From a phage, in the NCBI GenBank assembly GCA_022143435.1, contig GCA_022143435.1_3941.1: 64,000 nucleotides of DNA; one strand, 5' to 3'. The position numbers and the translations under genes are program-made. This document shows positions 55,332-64,000 of the stretch, in pieces; positions within the stretch are counted from its first letter, which is position 1; the number at the start of each line of letters is the position of its first letter. The notes below the pieces were generated by a model. That model made no database searches. It worked only from the letters and a program-made list of their open reading frames with translations, and was not told the origin of the DNA.

Positions 55332-56684
55332 TTATTCGTAAGCCACTGTACCTTTCAAGTCAACATCCAAGATAGCCCCTGCTAAGACACCTGCGAAGGT
55401 AACATCTTTCAGGATACGTGCTTTCTTGTCTGCTAAAGCAACTTGAGAGGCTTTAGGAACATTAACTGTGTAAGATGACAGGAAGTTTCTGTTGACTGCT
55501 CTTTGCAGAGAGGTTTCAATGACTTGACGAATACGGGTAATACCAGTATCATCATAAGTAATCTTACCACCCTTCTGGTTAATTAGCAAGTCTCTCAGAG
55601 AAGTTTTCAGGTCTGATTCTAACCAGTCAACACCACGGATGATATCAATCCATTCCCCACCAGAAGTAATCCCTCTACGAACCACTGGAACACCACCATC
55701 AAGGTCAATAAAGTTACAGTGACGTGCATCTAAAGCAGACTTCTGAATACTTGTCAGAGGTCTCTGATTAGATGGTTGTAGAGAAGCTGCTACGCCAGTT
55801 AGCTGAGCATTACCCCAAGCAATTGACCCTGCATCATATGGAGCACCATAAGCAATGTATGCCATCTCTGGATAATCTTCTGTTGCTGCGTGATGCCACA
55901 AGCAAACTGTGCGAGTATACATACCCTTAGCAAGCTGTGCTGGAACATCGTTTGCACTGGCTAACTCTGTACCTTGCAGTGCTGTTACATCGGAGTTAGC
56001 TGTAAAGAAGATTTTCTTACGAGCCTGAATCTCAGAAGCCATTGCTAAGACAAACTGTTGAGTTCTGTCTTCTGCTGCAATGAAATACCAGTCAGTAGAA
56101 TAAGCTTCAATAGCTGCCAGAGCAGTTGATGCTGTATCGGCAGTTGTACTTGCAATATACACAGTCTGTGCTGTGGTTGTTACTTTCACAAAGTCATTAT
56201 CACCAGCTTTGGTAATAATCATTGTGGCAGAGCCATTGCTACCAGTTACATTCACAGAAACCTTATCTTTGATTGTTGGGTCAGCTTCAATCTGTGTTTT
56301 AAACTGTTGCAACACTACCTCAGCAGTGTCTGAATCTTGTGCTGTGTACTGGTATGGTTGAGAAATTCCACCGCCAGCAGCTACAGTAATTGAGTAGTCT
56401 GTACTTTCGGTAACGGCATCAGGAATTGATACAGTGTACTGCATAGCACGTCTACCAATATAAAGCTGAGTTACTTTAGGAGTTTGACTCCAAAGTTGTT
56501 TAGCAGCCTTATATGCAGCAGTAGTCTCATCGAAATCTTCAGCAACTTCAGTTAAGGAAGTGTAGCCACGTACTCTTTCTTCAAAGTTATCTGTTGAAGC
56601 TAAGAATAGTGGTAAACCAAAACCTTCTCTTGTAGTTCCTGCGGTGTTCAATGTAATATCTACATTAACAATTGGATTCCACAT
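55332..56684 (-). CDS. Tail sheath protein
   Basis: 450 aa upstream of tube gene; contractile-tail gene order. Confidence 0.55.
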   Translation of the reverse strand: MWNPIVNVDITLNTAGTTREGFGLPLFLASTDNFEERVRGYTSLTEVAEDFDETTAAYKAAKQLWSQTPKVTQLYIGRRAMQYTVSIPDAVTESTDYSITVAAGGGISQPYQYTAQDSDTAEVVLQQFKTQIEADPTIKDKVSVNVTGSNGSATMIITKAGDNDFVKVTTTAQTVYIASTTADTASTALAAIEAYSTDWYFIAAEDRTQQFVLAMASEIQARKKIFFTANSDVTALQGTELASANDVPAQLAKGMYTRTVCLWHHAATEDYPEMAYIAYGAPYDAGSIAWGNAQLTGVAASLQPSNQRPLTSIQKSALDARHCNFIDLDGGVPVVRRGITSGGEWIDIIRGVDWLESDLKTSLRDLLINQKGGKITYDDTGITRIRQVIETSLQRAVNRNFLSSYTVNVPKASQVALADKKARILKDVTFAGVLAGAILDVDLKGTVAYE

Positions 56685-57284
56685 TTATTTTACCCCTTTG
56701 GAGTCTACATCTAGATGGATAGTATATTCTGGTGGCTCTTGTCCTTCTTCATAAACCAACTCACCATCAACAATGACACGCTCAATAATACTTCCACGTT
56801 CATCTTTCAGGACTGAATTTTTTACAAGAGTTACAACAAGAGGCGCAGAATTTTCGAAATCTGTATTGAGATAAGTGTAATCATTTGGGATTGCTCCAGT
56901 ATCTAAAACTGTTGCCCCTGTTTCTTCAAGGATTAAATCTCTGATTGAACTCATCTCTAATCGTTGTTTAAGCTCAAGCATAATACTGTGAGCACCTTTA
57001 CCATTCACCGTAATTAATACTGGAATCTGAAAAGCAATTCTGTAGCAAACTACATCATCCTCAACAAACTTATCAAGAACCCAACCATAAGGTGTTGCAG
57101 CATCTTGACAATATACGGTAATAAATGGCTGGTCAGGTTTTAAACCTTTGTCATTTGAGTTATCAGAAGGGTAAGCTCTAATTACATTTGGTCTATTATT
57201 CTTATCACGAGCTAGTCTGTGACCAATAACATCCACTAAGGTTCTAACTAGACCTTTTTCAAGTTCTGCTGTTTCTAACTGCAT
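56685..57284 (-). CDS. Head-tail joining / tail completion protein
   Basis: Position between capsid and sheath. Confidence 0.3.
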   Translation of the reverse strand: MQLETAELEKGLVRTLVDVIGHRLARDKNNRPNVIRAYPSDNSNDKGLKPDQPFITVYCQDAATPYGWVLDKFVEDDVVCYRIAFQIPVLITVNGKGAHSIMLELKQRLEMSSIRDLILEETGATVLDTGAIPNDYTYLNTDFENSAPLVVTLVKNSVLKDERGSIIERVIVDGELVYEEGQEPPEYTIHLDVDSKGVK

Positions 57285-57660
57285 TCATTTTATCCCTTCT
57301 AATAATGATATATTCATAATGGGATGTATGGGCTAATTGCTGTGACCAATCCATAGTCATAAATACTTCATACTCATGACCATCAATCATAACAATGTCA
57401 GACTCATTCCACTCTACATCGTCTGAAGTTCTAAGTTTATATGTAGTGTACAGGATTCTTGTATCGGTCAGTCTAATACCTTCCGGTAAAGCAATCTGTG
57501 TACCGTTCTTTACAGAACCTTTGATATATGGCTGGATATTACCTTTACAGTTAACTTCTACAATATCTTGTGAAGCTACCCAATCACCATCATCATTATA
57601 ATAACCGTCTTCAGAGACTTTACGCTTTACTACAAAGCTGTGTCTGTTTAAGAGCCTCAT
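57259..57660 (-). CDS. Head-tail connector protein
   Basis: Position. Confidence 0.3.
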   Translation of the reverse strand: MRLLNRHSFVVKRKVSEDGYYNDDGDWVASQDIVEVNCKGNIQPYIKGSVKNGTQIALPEGIRLTDTRILYTTYKLRTSDDVEWNESDIVMIDGHEYEVFMTMDWSQQLAHTSHYEYIIIRRDKMNAVRNSRT

Positions 57661-58139
57661 TTTTTAATACCCTTCTTAGTAGAAATTTTATAAGCAAGGT
57701 TATCCCTTAAGTCACCTGTCTCAACAAGAGGTGCATTAAAGCCTTTTTTCTTGACTGTGGAAGGTGCGTTAGGAGGGAGAATAGCAGAATTACCAAAACC
57801 TCTTTTAATTGCCTTTTGAGCATTCTTTGCAAATGCTTCTAAGGTATCTGAAGGGTCTGTGTTGAGACTGCTAAGTTGCTTATATAGATTCTTCTTAGCC
57901 TGCTCTAACAAGGTCTGTCTGTTTAGCATCATAGTGATTTCAAACAACCTACGATATACTTTACCAGAAGCTGAAGGAACCCCAATAACTTCTTGTAAAT
58001 ACATTAAAGCAGGATAAGAAAAACCAGAGCTATGTTGACCTTGTTCTTGAAAATACCCAACTTGAGCATTAGCCGTCTGCAAGTTCTTCATAGCCCCGAC
58101 TAATTTTGCTCTAGCGGGGTGAATAACCCTTTTAACCAT
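57657..58139 (-). CDS. Head-tail connector protein
   Basis: Position. Confidence 0.3.
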   Translation of the reverse strand: MVKRVIHPARAKLVGAMKNLQTANAQVGYFQEQGQHSSGFSYPALMYLQEVIGVPSASGKVYRRLFEITMMLNRQTLLEQAKKNLYKQLSSLNTDPSDTLEAFAKNAQKAIKRGFGNSAILPPNAPSTVKKKGFNAPLVETGDLRDNLAYKISTKKGIKK

Positions 58140-58588
58140 TATTCATCTCGCTCGATAATAAATACGCCATTAACACGGTTGCAGTAATCTCTGCCTTCGT
58201 ATCTGGCAGCATCACCATATTCTGTGTATTTCTTGACAGAGCAAGGATTTTGACGACGCATGTCAATATCACACTGATTAATACCACCTGCATAGGGTAG
58301 TCCTGAAACAGAGCTTTTAACAAGGTCGTCATAAACAGCTTTCAGAGACTTGAATCTGGAAGAGTTACGTAAATAAACACCACCAACCTTCTCATCTCCC
58401 ATCTTGGCTACTTGAAAGAGTAAATATTTAAGAGCTTTGATGGCTGCTTTCTTTTCATCCTTTCCAGATTCTAGATAGAACCACTCTAGCACAGACTGTT
58501 CAATAAGAATTTCATCGTTATTGGTGTCTGTGCAGAGGATTCTTACTCTATCAAGAGGGTTATTGGCTGGGTCGCCTGTATAACACAT
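58139..58588 (-). CDS. Head completion protein
   Basis: Position immediately after major capsid gene. Confidence 0.3.
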   Translation of the reverse strand: MCYTGDPANNPLDRVRILCTDTNNDEILIEQSVLEWFYLESGKDEKKAAIKALKYLLFQVAKMGDEKVGGVYLRNSSRFKSLKAVYDDLVKSSVSGLPYAGGINQCDIDMRRQNPCSVKKYTEYGDAARYEGRDYCNRVNGVFIIERDE

Positions 58589-58609
58589 TCATAACCCTCC
58601 TTAAGAATA

Positions 58610-59713
58610 TTAGCCTTGAGCGTCAGCGCGAACATCTACCAGCAACTGAGGACGAGTACAGTATGGCAGCATGTAAGAGTGAGCTTCAAAGTCAATACCT
58701 TCGTCACGGTCTTTTTCGTATTCGAATACGTACAGTTCCTGACCAAGTGTATTTGCGTAACCCATCTTAGGACATGGACCATAAGCCACTTCGAAGATGT
58801 TGTTTGCTTCACCAAGCATAGAAACGTTAGGGAAAGCGTGTCCTACACCAACCTCTGCACCAGCACCATCAATGCTCACCAGAGTATGAACCTTACCACG
58901 CTTGTCTTTGAACTTACCGTTGTACTGGACAAACTTAACACCACCGTAGTAGAAGGTGTTCATGTGAGCCTGAACTCCATCAGTACCACCAGTTCTCAGA
59001 GAACCAGTAATCTGTTGCCAAGCCAGTGGGGTCTGCTGTGCAAGATAAGCGTCACGAATCTTAGGATGCTTAACCAGTTTGCTGAAGAATACACGGTCAA
59101 CAACTACGTGAATTTCTTCACCGTTGATTACAGTGCCAGTCTTAGCTTCGTCTTCCATGTGCATACGCAGTTCTTCAATAGAAGCGTCGATGTCAGCATT
59201 AGGGTTGTCAAGGTCGAAGTAAACAGTTTTCTTCTCAACGTCGAACTGCTTGTACAGGTCAGCATACAGAGTACCACGAGCATCAACAACTTTACCCTTC
59301 AGAGCTTGCATAAACAGGAACTCACGAGTAATATCGAACTTGGTACGAATCTTCATCAGCTTCTTGGCACGTACTACAGCTTCAGTAGTCAGTTCGTTTG
59401 CAGTGCCTGGCTGACGTACACCCTGAATCTCATCAGGAGTAATGCTTTCAACTTCTTTGAAGTACATCATTGGGAAGCTGATTTGACGAACACGCTCAGG
59501 TGCGCTAGTCTCTGCTTTACGGCTATCACGGTCTACCGCATCAAGCAAGCTAACATCCCAATCAGTCAAGTCCATAAGGAAAGTAGTTTGGGTGATTGGT
59601 GCTGAACGGAATAGACCTAAGTTGGAAATATACCCATAAGTATTTGGGATAGACTGGACTTCACCAGTCAGGTCAGCAAGGAAAAATCTGCTTTTTTCAG
59701 AATTAGTCAACAT
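58610..59713 (-). CDS. Major capsid protein
   Basis: 367 aa following protease and decoration genes in lambda-like head order. Confidence 0.7.
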   Translation of the reverse strand: MLTNSEKSRFFLADLTGEVQSIPNTYGYISNLGLFRSAPITQTTFLMDLTDWDVSLLDAVDRDSRKAETSAPERVRQISFPMMYFKEVESITPDEIQGVRQPGTANELTTEAVVRAKKLMKIRTKFDITREFLFMQALKGKVVDARGTLYADLYKQFDVEKKTVYFDLDNPNADIDASIEELRMHMEDEAKTGTVINGEEIHVVVDRVFFSKLVKHPKIRDAYLAQQTPLAWQQITGSLRTGGTDGVQAHMNTFYYGGVKFVQYNGKFKDKRGKVHTLVSIDGAGAEVGVGHAFPNVSMLGEANNIFEVAYGPCPKMGYANTLGQELYVFEYEKDRDEGIDFEAHSYMLPYCTRPQLLVDVRADAQG

Positions 59714-59746
59714 TGTAAAATTCTCCAGAATGTCTTATTATTGTTA

Positions 59747-60124
59747 TTACAGGCCAGTTGGTACGAAATCAATACCTTTAGCAGCCAGAGCTGTCTTGAC
59801 TGCATCAGCATCAACACCTGATTCAAGAGTAAGCAGGTCTTTTAGTTCTGCGTCACGGTAAATACCAACAACTTTCAACTGACCGTGGTAAGACAGTTGT
59901 AGGTCTGCGTAAAAGTTAACGATACATACAGAATCAGCCTGAGCTTCTTCCCCTGCTGCAACTTTAGTACCATCTGCTTTCAGGACTTCACCTACACGGT
60001 ATTCTGTTGAAGCAACTGGGGTGTACTCTTTACGAGAGTGGCCTGTTGGGGTAACCTGTTCCCAAAGAATGATATCATTCAGAGGTTCTCTTTTACCTAA
60101 CTTAGTAAAACCTTGATATGCCAT
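59747..60124 (-). CDS. Head decoration protein
   Basis: ~125 aa between protease/scaffold and capsid genes. Confidence 0.5.
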   Translation of the reverse strand: MAYQGFTKLGKREPLNDIILWEQVTPTGHSRKEYTPVASTEYRVGEVLKADGTKVAAGEEAQADSVCIVNFYADLQLSYHGQLKVVGIYRDAELKDLLTLESGVDADAVKTALAAKGIDFVPTGL

Positions 60125-60135
60125 TATTGTGTTCC

Positions 60136-61482
60136 TTATTTGATAAGAGATTTTAGAGCATTCTGGAGAGCCAGTTTGCGTTGTTCAGCGGTGTCTTCGG
60201 AAGCATTCTTAGCTGGTTCTTTTTCTTCTTCAACCAAATCAGCTTCGCCGTCATTACCCATTTCTTCCATAGCGTTGGAGTGTTCAAGAACAGCACCAGC
60301 AGTTTCTTTCAGCTTGGTAATTTCTGATTCTTTTTCTTCCATTGCGGAAGCATGGGACGCGATAGTTTCATTAAGTTTCTGGTTAGCACCTTCCATAGCA
60401 TTCATAAACAGAACACTCAGAGGGTTATCAAGACCAGCACCTAAAATAGTCGTTGCAGCTTCTTTTGCATCAAATCCAAAAGCTTCAGCAGAAGCAGAAA
60501 TCTTATTAGTCAAATCTGACAAAGCAGCTTCCTGTTCTTTAGCTTTCATTTGAGCAACCTGAAGACGCAAAGCTTCTAGTTCTTGCTTTTCTTGTTCAGT
60601 CATTTCTTCACCTGAATTGTTAACGTTTAAACTTACAGGAGCCTCTTCAGAACCTTGTAAGTAATTTAAGAAATCATCTTGAGACATGATTGAGTTAATT
60701 AAACCAAGTTCAAGAGCTTCCTGAGCAGAATAAACATTCGCCTCAGTATTCTTTACAGCTTCTTCAGAGAGATTACGAGATTCGGCTACAAAACCTGTAA
60801 AGGTTGCGTAGGTATCATTAATTCTCTTTTGAAGTCTTTCTTTGCTTTCTTCTGAGAGTGCTTGGAATGGTGAACCCATACCTTTAAACTCACCAGCTTT
60901 GATGACGTTAATTGTTACGCCATTCTTTTCAAATGCCTTAGTTAATTCCTGATGAACCATGATTACACCAATAGAACCAACATCTGCATCTGGTGATGCA
61001 ATAATTTCTTCAGCAGAAGATGCAAGAGCGTATGCAGCGGAACAAGCGAACTCATCTACATAAGCAATAATTTTCTTTTGGCCTCTTGAAGCCATAATGT
61101 GACGTGCTAATTCAAAGCAACCTGAAGCTTCACCACCACCAGAATCGATGTGCAGAACAATAGTCTTGATTGACTCATCTGCTAAAGCTTCGTCAAAGCC
61201 TCTACGCAAACCTTCATAAGAACTTAATCCACCTGTACACATTGCATCAATGAATGTCATACGATGGGTTAAACCACCCATAATAGGAATAATAGCAATG
61301 TCATCTTTCACTTTTAAAAGACTTCTTGCTTCACCTTTGGGTTTATCAAAGTTTACTGCTGCTTGGACATCACCCAGCAATCTGTTATTCACATAAGTTG
61401 CTGCTGAGTGAGCTAATGATTCAGTGGCTAGTAAAGGTTGGTTGAATAATCTATCAGCAAGTCTGAAGATATTCGAACTCAT
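60136..61482 (-). CDS. Prohead protease (S49/ClpP-like) fused to scaffold-like coiled-coil C-terminus
   Basis: S49-like segment LHIDSGGGEASGCFELARHI; C-terminal coiled coil. Confidence 0.7.
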   Translation of the reverse strand: MSSNIFRLADRLFNQPLLATESLAHSAATYVNNRLLGDVQAAVNFDKPKGEARSLLKVKDDIAIIPIMGGLTHRMTFIDAMCTGGLSSYEGLRRGFDEALADESIKTIVLHIDSGGGEASGCFELARHIMASRGQKKIIAYVDEFACSAAYALASSAEEIIASPDADVGSIGVIMVHQELTKAFEKNGVTINVIKAGEFKGMGSPFQALSEESKERLQKRINDTYATFTGFVAESRNLSEEAVKNTEANVYSAQEALELGLINSIMSQDDFLNYLQGSEEAPVSLNVNNSGEEMTEQEKQELEALRLQVAQMKAKEQEAALSDLTNKISASAEAFGFDAKEAATTILGAGLDNPLSVLFMNAMEGANQKLNETIASHASAMEEKESEITKLKETAGAVLEHSNAMEEMGNDGEADLVEEEKEPAKNASEDTAEQRKLALQNALKSLIK

Positions 61483-61493
61483 TTTTACTCACC

Positions 61494-61826
61494 CTATTTG
61501 TTTAAATCTACAGAGACTGAAGAGATAACATAGATACCTTCTTCAGCAAAGAATTGAGGTTTGCTAAGAGCACCAGTTGCCACGCATTTATCGTTAGCAT
61601 CCCACAAGCTATAGTGTGAGACCGTTGCAGAAGCTGGAACAGTAATGTTAACTGTGTCTTCTGAGGCAATTAAGCCATTATCCGGTTCAGAAAAATAAAT
61701 AGCCACTGGCTGAGTAACCTTATTTGCTGTAGGGTCTGCCGTTGGGTCTACATTGTGTAAAATAATAGTCGTTGGGGTTAGCGTGGCGAGGATTTTATTC
61801 TTACCATCAATAGTTAATGTTCCCAT
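61494..61826 (-). CDS. Hypothetical head-module protein
   Basis: ORF. Confidence 0.35.
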   Translation of the reverse strand: MGTLTIDGKNKILATLTPTTIILHNVDPTADPTANKVTQPVAIYFSEPDNGLIASEDTVNITVPASATVSHYSLWDANDKCVATGALSKPQFFAEEGIYVISSVSVDLNK

Positions 61827-62326
61827 TAATTAAACCTTACTTTTTGTTTAAGGACTGTTGAATGGTTACCAGATTCATCTACCACATTTACAATCATATC
61901 ATATACTTTGCCTTTGACAAGTACTTTGTAATCATTTTGTGAAAAAATGTATTCAAGTCTGTTTGTTTCTTTATTAACTGTCATTGGAGATTGAAATGCA
62001 GTGTCGAGGGTAATGAAAGCGGCTTCAATGCTATTAACATTGATACGTTTATTCTCGCAGTTATATAACTTTACACCCAAAAGGCATGAACTGTCAAATG
62101 GAATTTTAACAATTTCACTACAATTTCCTAAAATAAACGGTTTTCCACTCATTGGTGCATCAAGTAACCTGCAAATAGTGAAAACGTCAGAGGTTCCACC
62201 ATCACTTACATAACCTGAAAGGCTGACCCTTGAGCCAGCCTCTACAGATAATTTGTCAGTGATAATAAGAACACCTCTATACGAATGCACTCGTGTAGCA
62301 TTTGAAATAGAGATAACTTCAGCCAT
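61826..62326 (-). CDS. Hypothetical head-module protein
   Basis: ORF. Confidence 0.35.
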   Translation of the reverse strand: MAEVISISNATRVHSYRGVLIITDKLSVEAGSRVSLSGYVSDGGTSDVFTICRLLDAPMSGKPFILGNCSEIVKIPFDSSCLLGVKLYNCENKRINVNSIEAAFITLDTAFQSPMTVNKETNRLEYIFSQNDYKVLVKGKVYDMIVNVVDESGNHSTVLKQKVRFN

Positions 62327-63801
62327 TATTTATTTGCCTTATTTGCTGTGCTTGGGTCTTTCGCTGAAGGTGTCTTTGCAGTACCTTCTCCAGCGGTCTT
62401 ATAACCATCTCCTGAACGGCTTTGACTATTTGGAGAAAGCTTTTCAGATACTGGCTGAGACTCATCAGCAGGAGGAAGACCAATATGCTCTCTAAGCTTG
62501 TTAGATAGCTCTTTGTCAACTTCCAAAGCACCTACTGCAACAGTCTTCTGGATATAAGAACCAATTGCTTCAAGGTCTGGAGTTTCGATATCATCATATG
62601 TGATTTGTACATGTTCTTCATCATCCCACATATTAAGAGCATAAGTCTGTGCAACTAAATCACGGTTAATTACGTTCTTAATTTGCTTCAGCAGAATATC
62701 CACTGACATTGCTAGTAAGCTTGTCTTAGAATCTGCAAGAGAGAATGAACCATATTTTGACTGACCCATAGCAAGAACATCTGACATAAATGCCATCATA
62801 ATCTGCTTGGAATATCTGTCAATAATAGAACCTGTATCGTATGCTTTAGCACCCTGTCTAGATACTAATGAGAACTCGAAAATATCCTCTTTAGTATCTG
62901 GGTCGATATATCTAGGCCAGATTAAACCTGCTCTATCATTAGCAATCATATCGTTAACAACAGTTTTGCAGTATTGTACGAAAGCTTTCTTTTCAGGTTC
63001 TGCATTTTCATCCAGATAATCTGGTGGTAAACCAATCTTTGGCATACCTACCAAGTCTCTTGAAACACCAACGGCTTCGTACTCTTCAATCTGAACTTTA
63101 TACTTCCACGGTACATAGGCATTAAGTAATGGTGAACGACCTTCTGGGTTTCCATATTCATCATCATACTTAAACAGCATGAATTTAGCTCGTGGAAGTT
63201 TTCTTGTTAGTGGCCTTTCTCCGAGATTAATTGCCCCAGCAATATGTGAAACATTTCTCAGATTCTGTCTAACACCAGTAACTTTTCTAAAGTCTTCGTC
63301 AAAATACCACTTATCAAGTGTTGATTGGTTTCTGATTGGTAATTTAGCCCATCCAATCAGACCATCATCAAATTTTGACTGGTACTTTCCTTTTTTACCC
63401 TGTCGCTTCTTATAAACTTTCTCGTTAACACAGAACCCATAAGTGCAGAATGACATTACAGAATTAATAAAATCTGCCCAATCATGCTCCATGTCATCCA
63501 TTAAAGAATTAAAGAAGTCTGCTCTTTCAAGCATTTTAGGGTCTTGCTCTTTTCCCTTTGGAGGTACGAATCTCCAGTTGACTTTTCTGACAAACATCTT
63601 AATAATATTTACAGATGCTGCTACAGCAGGGTCACGCATCATTAATTGGAAAGTTTTAATACTTTCAGGGAACCTTAGTGCCTGACGAGGTTCTTCATAG
63701 ATTCTTCCATTCTTAACCTTCAGACCCAAAGAACCTACTTCACCCATTCTAAATGGTGGTAAGCTTTCTTGTGTTTCTGTAATATCTGCCATTCTTCTCA
63801 C
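62326..63801 (-). CDS. Portal protein
   Basis: ~490 aa immediately downstream of terminase large-subunit C-terminus. Confidence 0.65.
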   Translation of the reverse strand: MRRMADITETQESLPPFRMGEVGSLGLKVKNGRIYEEPRQALRFPESIKTFQLMMRDPAVAASVNIIKMFVRKVNWRFVPPKGKEQDPKMLERADFFNSLMDDMEHDWADFINSVMSFCTYGFCVNEKVYKKRQGKKGKYQSKFDDGLIGWAKLPIRNQSTLDKWYFDEDFRKVTGVRQNLRNVSHIAGAINLGERPLTRKLPRAKFMLFKYDDEYGNPEGRSPLLNAYVPWKYKVQIEEYEAVGVSRDLVGMPKIGLPPDYLDENAEPEKKAFVQYCKTVVNDMIANDRAGLIWPRYIDPDTKEDIFEFSLVSRQGAKAYDTGSIIDRYSKQIMMAFMSDVLAMGQSKYGSFSLADSKTSLLAMSVDILLKQIKNVINRDLVAQTYALNMWDDEEHVQITYDDIETPDLEAIGSYIQKTVAVGALEVDKELSNKLREHIGLPPADESQPVSEKLSPNSQSRSGDGYKTAGEGTAKTPSAKDPSTANKANK

Positions 63802-63808
63802 CTAGCTA

Positions 63809-64000
63809 TCAACGTCTAAGCCCCTCATATGGGTTTCCTCTCACTAAATCTGTGTGAGCACCCATTGATGGTGGCTTGAATAATTTAACTTCGTTAAGAC
63901 TGTTGAAAGCATCACTGGTAGCATCCACTTGGTCATCTTTAGTTTTACCGTCACCACAAAAGCCTTCAAGTTCTTGAAAGTAAGCTTCATTCCAACTACC
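63809..64000 (-). CDS. Terminase large subunit, C-terminal fragment (truncated by window edge)
   Basis: Hand translation gives ...CGDGKTKDDQVDATSDAFNSL..., the terminase nuclease-domain Asp motif; stop at 63809-63811. Confidence 0.6.
   Translation of the reverse strand, partial: GSWNEAYFQELEGFCGDGKTKDDQVDATSDAFNSLNEVKLFKPPSMGAHTDLVRGNPYEGLRR

Noticed and set aside
58616-59605. 329-aa plus-strand ORF
   Set aside because: Lies entirely antisense within the major capsid gene; product is low-complexity (Ser/Thr/Val/Asn-rich) with no motif. An antisense open frame in an AT-rich gene is expected by chance.

Overview
The window reads as one contiguous stretch of a virulent tailed-phage genome (AT-rich, roughly 39-40% GC by eye) in three transcriptional blocks. 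Block 1 (264-30944, minus strand) carries early and nucleotide-metabolism genes: a macro-domain protein, a putative spanin pair, rIIA/rIIB-like genes, a NAMPT plus PRPP-synthetase-like NAD+ salvage pair, nrdG, an nrdD gene split by a group I intron with an HNH endonuclease, nrdH-like glutaredoxin, nrdB, nrdA, several free-standing homing endonucleases, a FEN-type exonuclease, an acidic-tailed SSB, a T7 gp4-like primase-helicase and a dNMP kinase. Block 2 (31202-41848, plus strand) carries a family-A DNA polymerase, DNA ligase, small unknown genes, DHFR and thymidylate synthase. Block 3 (41885-64000, minus strand) is the structural module: terminase large subunit C-terminus (partial), portal, S49 protease/scaffold, decoration protein, major capsid protein, sheath, tube, tape measure, baseplate proteins and two His-box tail fibres. 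The gene content and AT-richness are consistent with a Felix O1-like myovirus (Ounavirinae), but this rests on recalled family knowledge, not a search. No tRNA, rRNA or CRISPR array was recognised. The most unusual feature is a duplicated, non-coding composite repeat (about 36520-36770 and 37930-38255) flanking a two-gene cassette; it consists of phase-locked pentanucleotide (NGGTN)n tracts, hairpins with a conserved loop and covarying stems, and tandem AAGGTCTTTTAA repeats, and I cannot assign it to any known element class. All assignments come from reading motifs in the supplied translations and DNA; no database search was run. ORF coordinates include the stop codon.
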